Positions 11,525 to 23,589 of a DNA stretch of 37,290 nt are shown here, in pieces; the first letter of the stretch is position 1; each line of letters starts with the position of its first letter. The notes beneath the pieces are model-generated. The model did not search any database. It was not told where the DNA came from and saw nothing but the letters and a program-made list of their open reading frames with translations. The position numbers and the translations under genes were made by a program. This DNA is from Octopus bimaculoides (Eukaryota), in assembly GCF_001194135.2 (NCBI RefSeq), contig NC_068982.1, positions 42,198,017 through 42,235,306 of the forward strand, given 5' to 3'.

Positions 11525-11606
11525 TTTTATTCTAACGAAAAATGGTGACTGTAAATTTGGATTATACGTAGTTATTTCCGGAGAAGTAAACTTGCGAACA
11601 ATCAAG
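11525..11606 (+). CDS. Candidate internal coding exon (82 nt) of a cyclic-nucleotide-binding-domain (cNMP/CNBD) protein
   Basis: Acceptor ctatatctattcag| and donor aag|gtaaga. Open frame (x)FILTKNGDCKFGLYVVISGEVNLRTIK matches the CNBD beta2-beta4 pattern h-h-x-x-x-G-D-x3-G-L-[YF]-h-h-h-S-G-x-V-x-L. The rest of the gene was not identified. Confidence 0.5.
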
Positions 11607-11693
11607 GTAAGAGAGAAAATATATGAATAGAATAAAATAACTATCTTATATAACATATAAAATAAAATAAATAAATACCTTATATATCATCAT

Positions 11694-11742
<49 letters not shown>

Positions 11743-13477
11743 AAAAATCAGAATAACAGTATAATAACAATAATATTAGAAGAAGTATCATGAGGAATAC
11801 TGGTGGTGGTGGTGATGGGTGTGTAGTAGGACTTAATACGAATAATAACAATGATAAAATAAATGCTGATCGCTAAAAAGTAAAATAAAAAGATAAATGT
11901 CAAGTGTGTTTCTGTGTTTGTGTGTGTGTGTCGTGCGTTGTGTGTTGTGTATGNNNNNNNNNNNNNNNNNNNNNNNNNNNNNNNNNNNNNNNNNNNNNNN
12001 NNNNNNNNNNNNNNNNNNNNNNNNNNNNNNNNNNNNNNNNNNNNNNNNNNNNNTACATATACATACATAAACACACATATACGCATACATACATATATAC
12101 ATACACACACACACATACATATATAAATATGCACTTACATACAGAACCTAATAACGTATATATATGGTTTTATACAAATACATACACAATTATACATGCT
12201 TACATATACGTAGATTTGTACACATATACACACACATATATATATATATACTTACAAACATACATACACCCCCCCCACACACAGGTATACATGTATACAT
12301 ACATACNNNNNNNNNNNNNNNNNNNNNNNNNNNNNNNNNNNNNNNNNNNNNNNNNNNNNNNNNNNNNNNNNNNNNNNNNNNNNNNNNNNNNNNNNNNNNN
12401 NNNNNNNNNNNNNNNNNNNNNNNNNNNNNNNNNNNNNNNNNNNNNNNNNNNNNNNNNNNNNNNNNNNNNNNNNNNNNNNNNNNNNNNNNNNNNNNNNNNN
12501 NNNNNNNNNNNNNNNNNNNNNNNNNNNNNNNNNNNNNNNNNNNNNNNNNNNNNNNNNNNNNNNNNNNNNNNNNNNNNNNNNNNNNNNNNNNNNNNNNNNN
12601 NNNNNNNNNNNNNNNNNNNNNNNNNNNNNNNNNNNNNNNNNNNNNNNNNNNNNNNNNNNNNNNNNNNNNNNNNNNNNNNNNNNNNNNNNNNNNNNNNNNN
12701 NNNNNNNNNNNNNNNNNNNNNNNNNNNNNNNNNNNNNNNNNNNNNNNNNNNNNNNNNNNNNNNNNNNNNNNNNNNNNNNNNNNNNNNNNNNNNNNNNNNN
12801 NNNNNNNNNNNNNNNNNNNNNNNNNNNNNNNNNNNNNNNNNNNNNNNNNNNNNNNNNNNNNNNNNNNNNNNNNNNNNNNNNNNNNNNNNNNNNNNNNNNN
12901 NNNNNNNNNNNNNNNNNNNNNNNNNNNNNNNNNNNNNNNNNNNNNNNNNNNNNNNNNNNNNNNNNNNNNNNNNNNNNNNNNNNNNNNNNNNNNNNNNNNN
13001 NNNNNNNNNNNNNNNNNNNNNNNNNNNNNNNNNNNNNNNNNNNNNNNNNNNNNNNNNNNNNNNNNNNNNNNNNNNNNNNNNNNNNNNNNNNNNNNNNNNN
13101 NNNNNNNNNNNNNNNNNNNNNNNNNNNNNNATATATATATATATATATAATCTGAATAATATATAAATATATGCGTATATACATACATATATGTACACAC
13201 CTACATATATATGTATATATGCATGCATAGATGGGTACAGGACATAAGAAAATATAGACAAAATGAGAAACGAGAACATAAAAAACAAAAACATAGAAAA
13301 CGAACTTTTTTCGAACAACGAAAGAAGCAGTGAAATGAGACTGGCAACATAAAGAACATTCCCTTCGTATTTATGTATCTATCTCTATAAGTATACATCC
13401 ATCCATACAAACAGATACACACACGCACACACACACATGTAAACACACACACACGTGTAAACACACACACACAAATA

Positions 13478-13826
13478 TACACTGTCCGATGGGTAAATTG
13501 CTGTTATTTTATATTTTTAATTTCGCGCATTGCTTGTCTGTGATTTTGTCGACTACACAGTATAGTAGGGTCAATTGGGCATCGTATATGAGAAGAACAG
13601 CACATGACGCAATTCACTCTCCCAGATATTTGGAAACGACATGCTGTACTTCTAGGTATTCGCGCCAGAACCTCTAATACGAACATTTCAGAGTGTTTGG
13701 GTGTCAATCCGAGGACAGACCAATCTGGGGGCATGTAGCGAGAGTGATAAAGGTTAAACACCTAGTCAGTGTCATGGTGTTTGGAGTGATCACTAGTGAT
13801 GGCGACGTTATGCCTCCATTCATCTT
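13478..13826 (+). mobile_element. Internally deleted Tc1/mariner-superfamily transposon (5' end plus transposase remnants)
   Basis: Starts after TA. ATG at 13604 gives MTQFTLPDIWKRHAVLLGIRARTSNTNISECLGVNPRT (HTH-like), fused to VIKVKHLVSVMVFGVITSDGDVMPPFI (the K-HP-SVMV-G-I motif of the DDD/E domain). Confidence 0.75.
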
Positions 13827-13974
13827 ATGTTTGTTTTTCTGTCTGTCTATCTATCTGTCTGTCTGACTATCTATCTGTCTGTCTGACTATCTATATGTCT
13901 GTCTGGCTATCTATTTGTCTGTCCTACTATCTGTCTGTCTATATATATATGTAAGTATATATATATGTAAGTGT

Positions 13975-14478
13975 CCCTTTCATTTCTTCTCGACTCTCCT
14001 TAATTGTTTTATCCCTGTGCCTCTACCTCTCTCTCTTCTCTCCCTACATGACCTTTGTTTCTTGGTTCGACTACCATCCGTGTAACATCTATATTCCCCC
14101 TTGCGCCTGTCTAATCTTATGTCCCTGCCGTAAGGCTTTCCTCCACACACGCCAGCTTAATTTAATTCGTCCTTAGTCAAAAGACACCTATTGTTATGTC
14201 CTGTTATTTGCATTTGTAGTTGTGTAACATTCTCCGTTTTTTTCCCGTCCTTGTTTTCATATACATTCGCTGCTCTCTTCCAAGGAATCTAATGCCCTTA
14301 GATTAGTTTTTCCTTAGGTCTGGCCAGATTGGGGCAATCTCGGGTATAACCAGCCGAAATTGCAAGGATAATCTGGAACTCGACTGAGGAAAGAAAACTC
14401 CGAATGACCCGTCCTTGTTTTCTCTGTATCATTTGTCTGGATGTTTTGCGTTCTTGTCCCATTTTTGTATATATATTT
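13975..14478. mobile_element. Unclassified interspersed repeat abutting the CR1-like LINE
   Basis: Non-coding complex sequence with the internal direct repeat cccgtccttgttttc (about 14246 and 14408). LINE homology stops at about 14478. Confidence 0.4.
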
Positions 14479-15795
14479 CCTGTTGAGGAAAAGAAATTGT
14501 GTCGCAGTGTACCTATATGTTTTGATCCTGAATTTGGCAGGGGACGTATGGCCCGTGGCCCCAGCCTTGGATGAACCTTGAAACTAATGTTCAGGTCGTT
14601 TGGGCAATGCTGGCGGTATATTCTCCACATAGTACAGATGGTGTACCGCTTGCGGCGGCGCTGGAGAGAGTAGAGCTTCAAGGCTTTAAGACGGTCCCAG
14701 TAATCGAGATCAGTCATGCTTTAATTTGTTTAGTGAGTGCCATCTGGGGTGATTCAATTTTCAAGATGTCTTGTTTTGTGTGGGGCGACTACAGGGGGCA
14801 GCAGTATTCGAGGTGTGGCCGTACAAAGGAAGAGAAAAATGAAATGATGACACCTTGTTCTCTGGACCGCACGGTTCTTAAAATCCAGGAGCTCATCCAA
14901 CGAGCTATATCGACCTTATTGTTGATGTGGGCACTCCAACTGAGATTGTTATCAATAATTACTCCTAGGTCTCTGATATGATTAGATGCTGTGAGCGGTT
15001 CCCCCGAAGGAAGAGAATATGGTTGTTTTAGTATAGTCTTTCTTCCAAAATGCATCAGCTCAAATTTTCCCTCGTTTAGTTGCATTTTGTTTTCGTCTGC
15101 CCATTGACTCACCTCATATAGATCAGACTGGAGTTGAGTTCGTCTTCTTCATTGATGATTTGCTGGAGCTTAGTGTCAACACTACATATTTTCAGTTTGC
15201 AGTGATTTACGACGCTGGAAAGGTCATTTATGTAGATTATAAAGAGGAGCGGGACACCAATGGTGACTTGCTGGGTTTGAGTGGACTCCATCGACCACAG
15301 CATGTGTTCTATTCGCCAGAAAATACTCAATCCAGTGTAGAAGTTTTCCACGGATTCCAACATTTGCCAATTTTGAGAGTAAGATATTATGGTCAACCCT
15401 GTCGAATGCTTTACTGAAGTCAAGATATATGACATCAGAGTTCGAACCTGTTCCCAAGGGTTCCTCAATGTGGTGTAAGAGCTGTGTTAGACAGTCCCTG
15501 CCACAACCCAAGCCATGCTGATTTGCATTTAGGAGTTTGTGGATCTCCAGGAAGCCAGGTATGCTTGATCTTACCACTCTTGGAAGTGGGAGGTGAGTGA
15601 GATTGGGCGATAGTTGACTGTGAGAGATCTGTTTCCCTGTTTGAAAACCGGGATGACAGAATGTGTTAGGAGCCGTTTCGGTATATAACCTGAGTCTAAA
15701 GAATTTCTCCAGAGGTTGGTCAGAGAGACTGCTAGTTGGTGTTTACATTCCTGCAGGAGACTATCGGAGAATCTATCAGGGCCTACAGCATAATA
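14478..15795 (-). mobile_element. CR1/L2-group LINE reverse transcriptase, frameshifted pseudo-ORF2
   Basis: Motifs across shifted frames: NYRPISLTS, YLDFSKAFDRVDHNILLSKL, LLFIIYINDL, KMQLNEGKFELMHFG, RDLGVIID, RPHLEYCCPL, LDYWDRLKALKLYSLQRRR. Confidence 0.9.
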
Positions 15796-16794
15796 GTATT
15801 TGACCTCATTTATATGTATATATATATATATATGTAAATATATATATGTATATGTATATATACATATGTATGTATATACGTATTTATATGTATATATATA
15901 TATATGTATGTATACACACACACGCGTATACATACACACACACATACACACACGCACACACACACATACACACACACACACGCACACATGTAAACCCGCA
16001 CGCACAAACGTACACACACACATATGTAAGGATAGAAACCCAAATACATAGATAAGTATTTGCAGTAGTTAAATATATTCAGTAATTAAACGAACAAATA
16101 GATAAATACAAAGAAAAAATAACTAACCAAATAACATACAAGACCAACCAAAACAAACCAGTACGCATTTCGTATCGTGGTGGCATATTGAATAAATTTT
16201 CTCACTTTCCTTTTGTGAAAATGTGAGTTTTATACTATTTTGTTTCTTCTTTTTTTTTATATGTTTTTATTTATTATTCTTTTAATGTTTTATTCAAACA
16301 GTAACAAAAGGTAAGTCTGGCGACATGTCGCCAGTTTCTGAGACTTCAGTTGTTCTTTCCATAGAAAACCGTCGTTAACAAATTATGGACGCTTAACTAA
16401 TTCACACTTCGTTAATAACTATGAAAATTTACTTTCGTTAACTGTTGCAGATTTTCCTCTTAAAAATAAAAATGTATGTCTTTATTTTTCTTTTACTCTT
16501 TTTATTTATCTTTCCTTTTAATAAAATAAAAATAATGCTCTTTCTCATACTATTACACTCTGACAATATAACTTACGCATGTACGGAGTATATAGTCATA
16601 CACGTACAATGGCTATGGTATTAAAAATTATAAAAAGATATACATACGCATTTTGAATTCATAGCGAACATGTAAGGATCATAAACTTTATTTACCGACA
16701 AATAGTCACAAATTCACCTAGAATATAACAATGACACACGCACACACACGCAAACAAACATGCATACACATGCACGCTTACATATACTTCTCCC

Positions 16795-16839
<45 letters not shown>

Positions 16840-17180
16840 CCATCGCTGTCTGTCTGTCTTTATATATATGAGTGTTTGTGTGTGTGTATGTTTGTATATG
16901 TAATTTTTGCATGACTCTGTATATACATATACACATACATACACACACACATATATGTGTGTGTGTGTGTGGAAGAAAGAGATGGGAAAGAGAAAGAAAA
17001 AGAGATAGTTAGAGAAAGGGAGGGAGAGAGAGAAGGAGAGAAAAAGAGAGAGAGAGATCAGTATGTCAGGTATATATGTACTATTTTATAGTTATTGAGA
17101 TTTTATGATGAATGCACGCACACTTGCAAACGTAAATGCACCCAGCATATACATATACGGTCTTATATACATTCAAATCT

Positions 17181-17230
<50 letters not shown>

Positions 17231-17707
17231 TTAAATATGCAGTTAATAAAATGGCATCACATGGCAGCTGCTGTTGGCGGTGAAATTTTCAGCTAATTGT
17301 GAGAACAAATTGTATGTCCCAGGTGTAGTTTCACTTCATTTAGGCAGTAGTATACTTGCGCATTTTGATACTGTGAGTATTATTTCCACTGACAAGCGAT
17401 TTGCCACTTTCTCCGACTAACTTGTAAATCTTACTAATTTATAATTTTACCTTTAAGTTTGTTGGATTTGTTATCCAACTCAGTACGACAGAGAATACTT
17501 GGGACTAGATGTGTTCCAGCGTTACCATCATGTATTTTTAGGAATTTTTAAGGCTATATTTTTATCTTGTCCCTTTCCGTTTTTAGAAATGTAATGCACT
17601 GATTTGAGCAAGATTTGTCACTATGTCTATCAGGTCGAGCGAATTCCTACACGGTCCCATCACGGCAAATACGGGAGATAGTGCGAAGTATGTTTCTGTA
17701 AGATTAA

Positions 17708-17908
17708 TTTCAAATTTTGGCACAAGCTAGCAAGTTTGGAGGAGGGGGTAAGTCGATTACATCGACGCCAGTGTTTAACTGGTACTTATTTTGTCGACCT
17801 CGAAACGAGGAATGTCAAAGTCGACCTCGGCGGAATTTGAACTCAGAACGTAAAGACGGACAAAATGCCGATAAGCATTTTGCCCAGCATGCTAACGATT
17901 CTGCCAAC
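17708..17908 (-). mobile_element. SINE family C copy (near full length)
   Basis: Reverse complement reads ttggcagaatcgttagcatgctgggcaaaatgcttatcggc...ctgagttcaaattccgccgaggtcgactttg; tRNA-like head. Confidence 0.85.
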
Positions 17909-18574
17909 ACACCACCTTGCATGCTTCTGTAATATTAGACCTCGTAAGCAAAGCATAGACTTCGGCATATCTACCGAAGTAGTGAAGTAGTAAAACGAAA
18001 ATATTGTAAATATGGCAAATCAGAGCTCAACTATCAAACTAGTGTCCACCTAGTCAGGAAAATGCTCTGGTTGAGTTCAGTGGATAATGTGCGTTATAGC
18101 AAAATCTTACTGTTCTAAACAGATTAATAGGGGTGACAAATGTGAAATTTAGTGTATTAAATGAACGGAGAGCTGCTCACCGATGATGCCATGGTGTTGC
18201 CAATTTGCGTAATTTACTAGAAAATGTAAATGAGTGTAGTCTCCTAATTTTTTGACTGATTTTGTACATTCCTAATTTTAAATGTTGGTGTTGATCTGGG
18301 AACATCGTAATCAATATGGCGTTGTATTTTATTGTGCCCTCCTTGCATATATCAATGGGTACACGCAGTATCACTAATGTCAATCTGAGCATAGGCACCT
18401 AATGTTAACTCCATATAGAGATGGTGCTCAATTGATCTATGAGGATGGTGGAGTGTGTGAATGTGGTGCTTATGTGAGACCTGCTATGCTGTACTTACAA
18501 AGAGGCATACACCATTCTATGCCTGACTGGCTGTACTATAGTAGTACACTGTATGAGGATTTTCAAGGTGAGCT

Positions 18575-18597
18575 CTGATTGGCTGTATGCAAATGAG
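18575..18597. promoter_or_regulatory. Adjacent CCAAT box (NF-Y consensus) and octamer motif
   Basis: ctgattggctg (reverse complement cagccaatcag) lies 1 bp from atgcaaat(gag). Motif match only. Confidence 0.3.
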
Positions 18598-18704
18598 TTC
18601 ATTACTGGGGTCCGGAGCTCTCGTGGGAAAAAAAATTCGCGTACCGGTGCGCTATGTGCCACACGATCCATCAAATAGACATTACCGGTACAGGCGCATT
18701 ACAT

Positions 18705-18825
18705 GTCACACGACAGACGTCGAAGTGAAATGAAATGTTTTTCTCAAGAACACGGTATACTTCCCGATCCAGGAATTGAATCTACGACCAGAATCAGGCG
18801 GTCGTGAGTGCGACACCCCTAACCA
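18705..18825 (-). mobile_element. tRNA-derived SINE head fragment
   Basis: Reverse complement reads tggttaggggtgtcgcactcacgacc...gattcaattcctggatcgg...gtgttcttgagaaaaacatttcatttcac. Confidence 0.55.
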
Positions 18826-20044
18826 ATATATTATACAATATATTCTGCCACAAAATTCTAACGTGATACACAGTTATAATCTTTAATACGTAAAGAAATT
18901 TTTGTCTTTTCACCGAAACTTTCAACGCTAACAGATTATTTATTCGTGATATGCGAGACTGTCTCTCGTAGATACAGTTCTATAGAAACTGTACTGGTGG
19001 TTACTGAGAAAAGAAAGAGATGCACGTTAATAAATGTGATAAATCTTATATATACTCATATCCTTCATATATCTTAATTTTTGCTGGAAACAAACTATAG
19101 ACGTTTCAGTTAAGTAACTTATTTCTGTTTAATTTGTTTAATTTTCTATTTATTTCTTCTTTTAAAGATAATTTTGTTTGTTTTAGTGATTCAGAGAGTG
19201 ACTTACCTCAGAATCTATTGTATGGCTTCTTTACGATAATCAGCTATTCTTATACTAATAATTTCTAGTTTCATAAATGTCTAATGCAGTTGTTATTCAA
19301 CCATACAATTCAAACTTAATGTGTTATTGTTAAACATTTATAACCTTTACTCTCTTTCCAAGGAAATATAATCAATAAGAATATCACTTTATTCTAATGT
19401 TTTACATTCAGGATAACAATGTTTCAGTTTTCACATCAATCTCAAGTAAACATGCTATTTCTTTGCTTAGAAAATCATATATGGGAACGAAAAGAAATAT
19501 TACAAATACATTTCAAGCTACATATTCATTGTAAGCAAAAAACAAAACAAACCAATGGAAACGTTTCATTTTCCTCCTTCTTCCGTTTCAGTAATGTATT
19601 TTAAACACATTCTTTATTGGCTAGGTTAGCAAATATCATTCTTTCATCTTGACCTGAGTATTTGTAACCCTCACCTAGTTTCATTGAGTTTTTATATTTT
19701 ACCTTTTTACTTTCATGTGATACAATATTTTCCTTTTCATACAGGCACACTTGCTGTAATAATACCATTCATTTGACTACTAAAACATGCTTAGAAAGCT
19801 GTTATAGATTTCCTGCATTATTCTGACATCATTTTAGGCTGAGCTACTTTTTCGAGTATTCGTCGTTCGAGCTCTGCTCATATAAATATTAATACATCTA
19901 GTCGACCGCTGCAGTTTACTCGGATTTGTAACGTTTATCTCTGGATTTGTAACGTTATACGAATGTTTTCTCCTTCTATTGGTGGGAGGCCAGTTAGAAT
20001 ATCTGGAGTAACTTCAATTAAGGACAGAACTGAATCCGGTGAAG

Positions 20045-20165
20045 GTGCACGGGATAGTACCTAGGTTGTTGGGCTCACAATCATTAGATCGCAGGTTCAA
20101 TTCTATGACCAGGCGGTTCATTGTGTACTTAAGCACAGTTGCTCATTTCACATTGCCTAAGTACA
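20045..20165 (+). mobile_element. Degenerate tRNA-derived SINE head
   Basis: gctcacaatcattagatcgcaggttcaattct (B-box-like) followed by gtgtacttaagcac..ttcatttcacattgc. Confidence 0.45.
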
Positions 20166-20261
20166 ATCAGAGTAAGAATGAGCACCAGTAGCATCTGCAG
20201 ATGCCACCAATGCTTTCAGTCCAAGCACCTTTAAAATCCAGATAAGCTGCAGCATCATGAG

Positions 20262-20643
20262 CAGCGCTGGATTAACCAGTAAGCAAAATAAGCACGTGTT
20301 TAGGGCGTCAAATGAAGGAGGGGGCACCACAGAAATGTTAAATGGTTTACGGCACAAAAGAAAGACTTGCTAAAATAATATTCGGGATGTGTTACCTAAG
20401 ATTAATTTTTGAGGACCTGATGAAAGACTTTGCAATTCAAAAAAGTAGGAGGAAACTTTTCAAATATAAATAAAGTGGAAGTATACAAAAATAAACATTA
20501 TTTTCCCGCTTACTATTTTGTTTCGTTTGAAAAAGAAAAAAATATTTTATGGTTTGTTGTCTATATTTTGAATTACGTAATCTTCTAGAGGGGCACCAAG
20601 ATCTTAACTGCTTAGGACCCCGGTGGGTCTTAATCCGGCCCTG
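20262..20643. mobile_element. hAT-type MITE with 8-bp TSD
   Basis: Imperfect TIRs cagcgctggattaa / ttaatccggccctg. Flanks atcatgag (20254-20261) and atcatgat (20644-20651) match at 7/8. No ORF. Confidence 0.8.
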
Positions 20644-21878
20644 ATCATGATCTCGATGTAGATTCAAGAAAGAAATTACACAATAGAGACATCATAGTTG
20701 GCTAACCATTTATTTCTATTGAGATATTGTTATACTTATTGTCACACGTCACAATAAACACTTTCATTTATTCTTCTATTCCATAACTGTGTTCATATTT
20801 CCATCTCAACTCTAATTAAGCAAAATGCATGAATGTCACATAGATATTGTTATCCAGCTACAGCTAAAATACAATAGATATGAAGAGTGATCCATGCACC
20901 GTAGACGAGGAAAAATATCAAAGAAAAAAAGGCTGACAGAACAACAGTTAGGTAATTAACTAATTCTTCTTGCGAAGTTTTGAATTTTCTAAGTAGAACG
21001 ATGACAATAACAATGACGTGAAGAAGAAATAGGGGAAGGCCTCCACACAATATAAAAGAAATAATACAGAAACAAAAGATTTAAAAAAAAAAAATATATA
21101 AAGCAAAGAGGTTAACAAAAACATTAACATGACAAAGCAAATGGGATAATGAAAAGAAAAATAAACAAAGAAAATCTACGGGTATAAAATGGGAGATATA
21201 AATACATAACAAAATAAGCGTTAAAAACATAAAATGAAGGAACGAATAAAATTATGTGATAAATCAGTTTATTTCAACCGACCCATTGGAGCAATATAAT
21301 GCGTTTCTCTTAACAATGTAAGAGAAGTTATTGTACAGAGTAGTGTTTCTAGGAGTGAAAACTCAGTACTGGTTATAGTGGAAATTAGAGATAGACAATG
21401 ATCGCTCTCCGACATTGATAGACAATGATCGCTCTCCGACGAAAAACATGTTCCTGTTTACCTGTAGTTACGTCTTAATGTGTTTGCATGTGTTTTGTCA
21501 GTGTGTCTGTATATGTGTGTTTATGTGTGTGTGTGTATATATGTATGTATTTATGTTTAAGTTTCTGGCTGTGTTTGCATATTGCATTTATTAGTACTTC
21601 CGGAATATAAATCTTATTTGTTTGGTGCTAGCTTGCTATAAATCTATTCGGTTAACCCTCAAGTACTCTGACACCGTATACCATTCATTCATTGGTTGAA
21701 TAGTTTTCATAACTTGTTTCATGCGTTTCATAAAGGAGACAAAACATCAAAAGAAAGCAAACTAAGAATAACCAGAAAAATGTATAAAAGCAAAGAACTA
21801 GATAAGAAAAACCTTTTATAAGAATATCGGCATAAGAAATTATTTCGGAACTTAATGAGCAGCGCTAAGAAAATGTTA

Positions 21879-21914
<36 letters not shown>

Positions 21915-22304
21915 TCTTCAGTCTCCACTTCGCCTTCACCTCTTTTTACTCGTCATCCTCCCCACTCCCCTCTTCCTCTTTCTCCCTCTCACTCTTCTAA
22001 TTTTGCTCATCTCTACTCTACACTCTTCTTCCTTCTCACCTTCATTCTATTTCTTTTCCTCTTCTCCACTCAACTCCTTGTTTTCCTCCTTTCTTGAAAC
22101 ATCAGTCTAATCAAATTTTATATGGCTAAAAAAACACATAAACAAAGCAACACAAAATAAAAAAAACAAAAGAAAATTGGATAAAATGGTATAAAGAAAA
22201 ACAGGTGGGATTGACACGGCTGGGACGTCGTTTGACTATAGGACTACACGATTTGTGCTGACTTTGGGGTTTAAAAGACAACATCATTAAACCAGCGTAT
22301 ATTG

Positions 22305-22520
22305 ATTATCCGTACATTTTTTATTTTTTACGTTTCAATCATTGTACTGACGGCCATGTTGGAGCACCACTTTGAAGAGTTTTAGTGGAACAAATTGACC
22401 CTACTATCTATTGTTTTAAAGCTTGGTACTTATTCCATCGGTTTCTTATACTAAACCGCTAAGTTACATGCTCATAAGCAAACTCACACCAGTTGTAAAA
22501 CGGTGGTGGGAAACAAAGGC
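22305..22520 (-). mobile_element. SINE-type family D copy (degenerate)
   Basis: ggccatgttggagcacc...gcttggtacttattccatcggt...aaccgctaagttac aligns with 10808-11025. Confidence 0.7.
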
Positions 22521-22564
22521 ACACACACACACACGCGCATACATATATATATACAAAACACTTA

Positions 22565-22633
22565 ACTAAGGTGGCATGCAGTAGGACTGAACCTGGAACT
22601 ATGTGACTGGGATGCAAACCTCTTACCGCACAG
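22565..22633 (-). mobile_element. SINE family B head fragment
   Basis: aaggtggcatgcagtaggactgaacctggaac...tcttaccgcacag aligns with 1200-1270. Confidence 0.65.
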
Positions 22634-22867
22634 ATATTCTGTTTTAGAGTTTAGTTTTGTAAGGAAATATGGTTCAACGTTCTATGTAAGCTGTTCCCTT
22701 GTGTTCCTGAACGGCAGCAGACACCTTTATACACCTTAAACTTGCCTATTTTTCTCCAAGCTTTCTTTCTCATGAACGAAGATGCTTATTCTAAGTTTTA
22801 TTTTCTTCTTTCCACAATTTGTAAAATAAATTTCAACAGCAAAACAAGCTTAACTTGCCTTACAAAC

Positions 22868-22962
22868 ATGTAGCCATGGGTTCTATTCCACTGCGTGGTC
22901 TCTTGTCGACCAAAGCCTTATGAACGTATTTGGCAGACCGAAACTGTAAGACGCCCGTCGTA
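22868..22962 (+). mobile_element. SINE family B fragment with internal deletion
   Basis: ccactgcgtgg...gtcgaccaaagcctt...ggcagaccgaaactgtaagacgcccgtcgtata. Confidence 0.65.
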
Positions 22963-22974
22963 TATATATATATA

Positions 22975-23090
22975 ATAAATGAGTATATGCATATATACGT
23001 ACAGGTATGTGCATACCTACGTCTACCTGTATATATAGGTGGATATCTGGGTACAGGACATTGCAAACATAACGTAGACAAGAAAATAAT
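22975..23090. mobile_element. Interspersed repeat family E, copy 1
   Basis: Near-identical to 35124-35240 (aaatgagtatatgcatatatacgtacaggtatgtgcatacc...atctgggtacaggacattgcaaac). Confidence 0.75.
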
Positions 23091-23159
23091 AATAACCAAT
23101 AGAAATATTAAAATTTCTAAGTCTCTCTAAATATATATATATGTGTGTGTATGTGTATG

Positions 23160-23190
<31 letters not shown>

Positions 23191-23191
23191 C

Positions 23192-23262
<71 letters not shown>

Positions 23263-23589
23263 TGTCCTCTACCAGCACTTGTTAACTGTAGTTGACTTCT
23301 TCGATTAAACCCATCAAGACTGTACTCCAGCATGAAATTTTAATTTACATAATCGTTTCAATCTTATAGATTTCATCAGTGCAATTTTGAATTTCAAGTT
23401 TATGGGAGAGTCATATGCTTACTTGTGGAAATTAACTATCTTGTGAGTGTTTACTTTAGAAAAACGAGCTGTTTGTGATTTCGTCTCTCTTTAAGCACAA
23501 TGTAGTAATAAAAATAAAAAGTAGATCGGCTTAAAGGTGAATATAACTGTGAAAAAAACAAATAAATCTGTTCGAAACGTGACTGTATT

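Noticed and set aside
14384-14414. ctgagga...gaat...gtc hammerhead-like words
   Set aside because: Stems I and II do not pair and the GAAA core is absent.
21390-21440. 24-bp direct duplication (gatagacaatgatcgctctccgac twice, 3-nt spacer)
   Set aside because: Only two units, so not CRISPR-like; an ordinary slippage duplication. Similar pairs occur at about 10356-10402 and 19922-19957.
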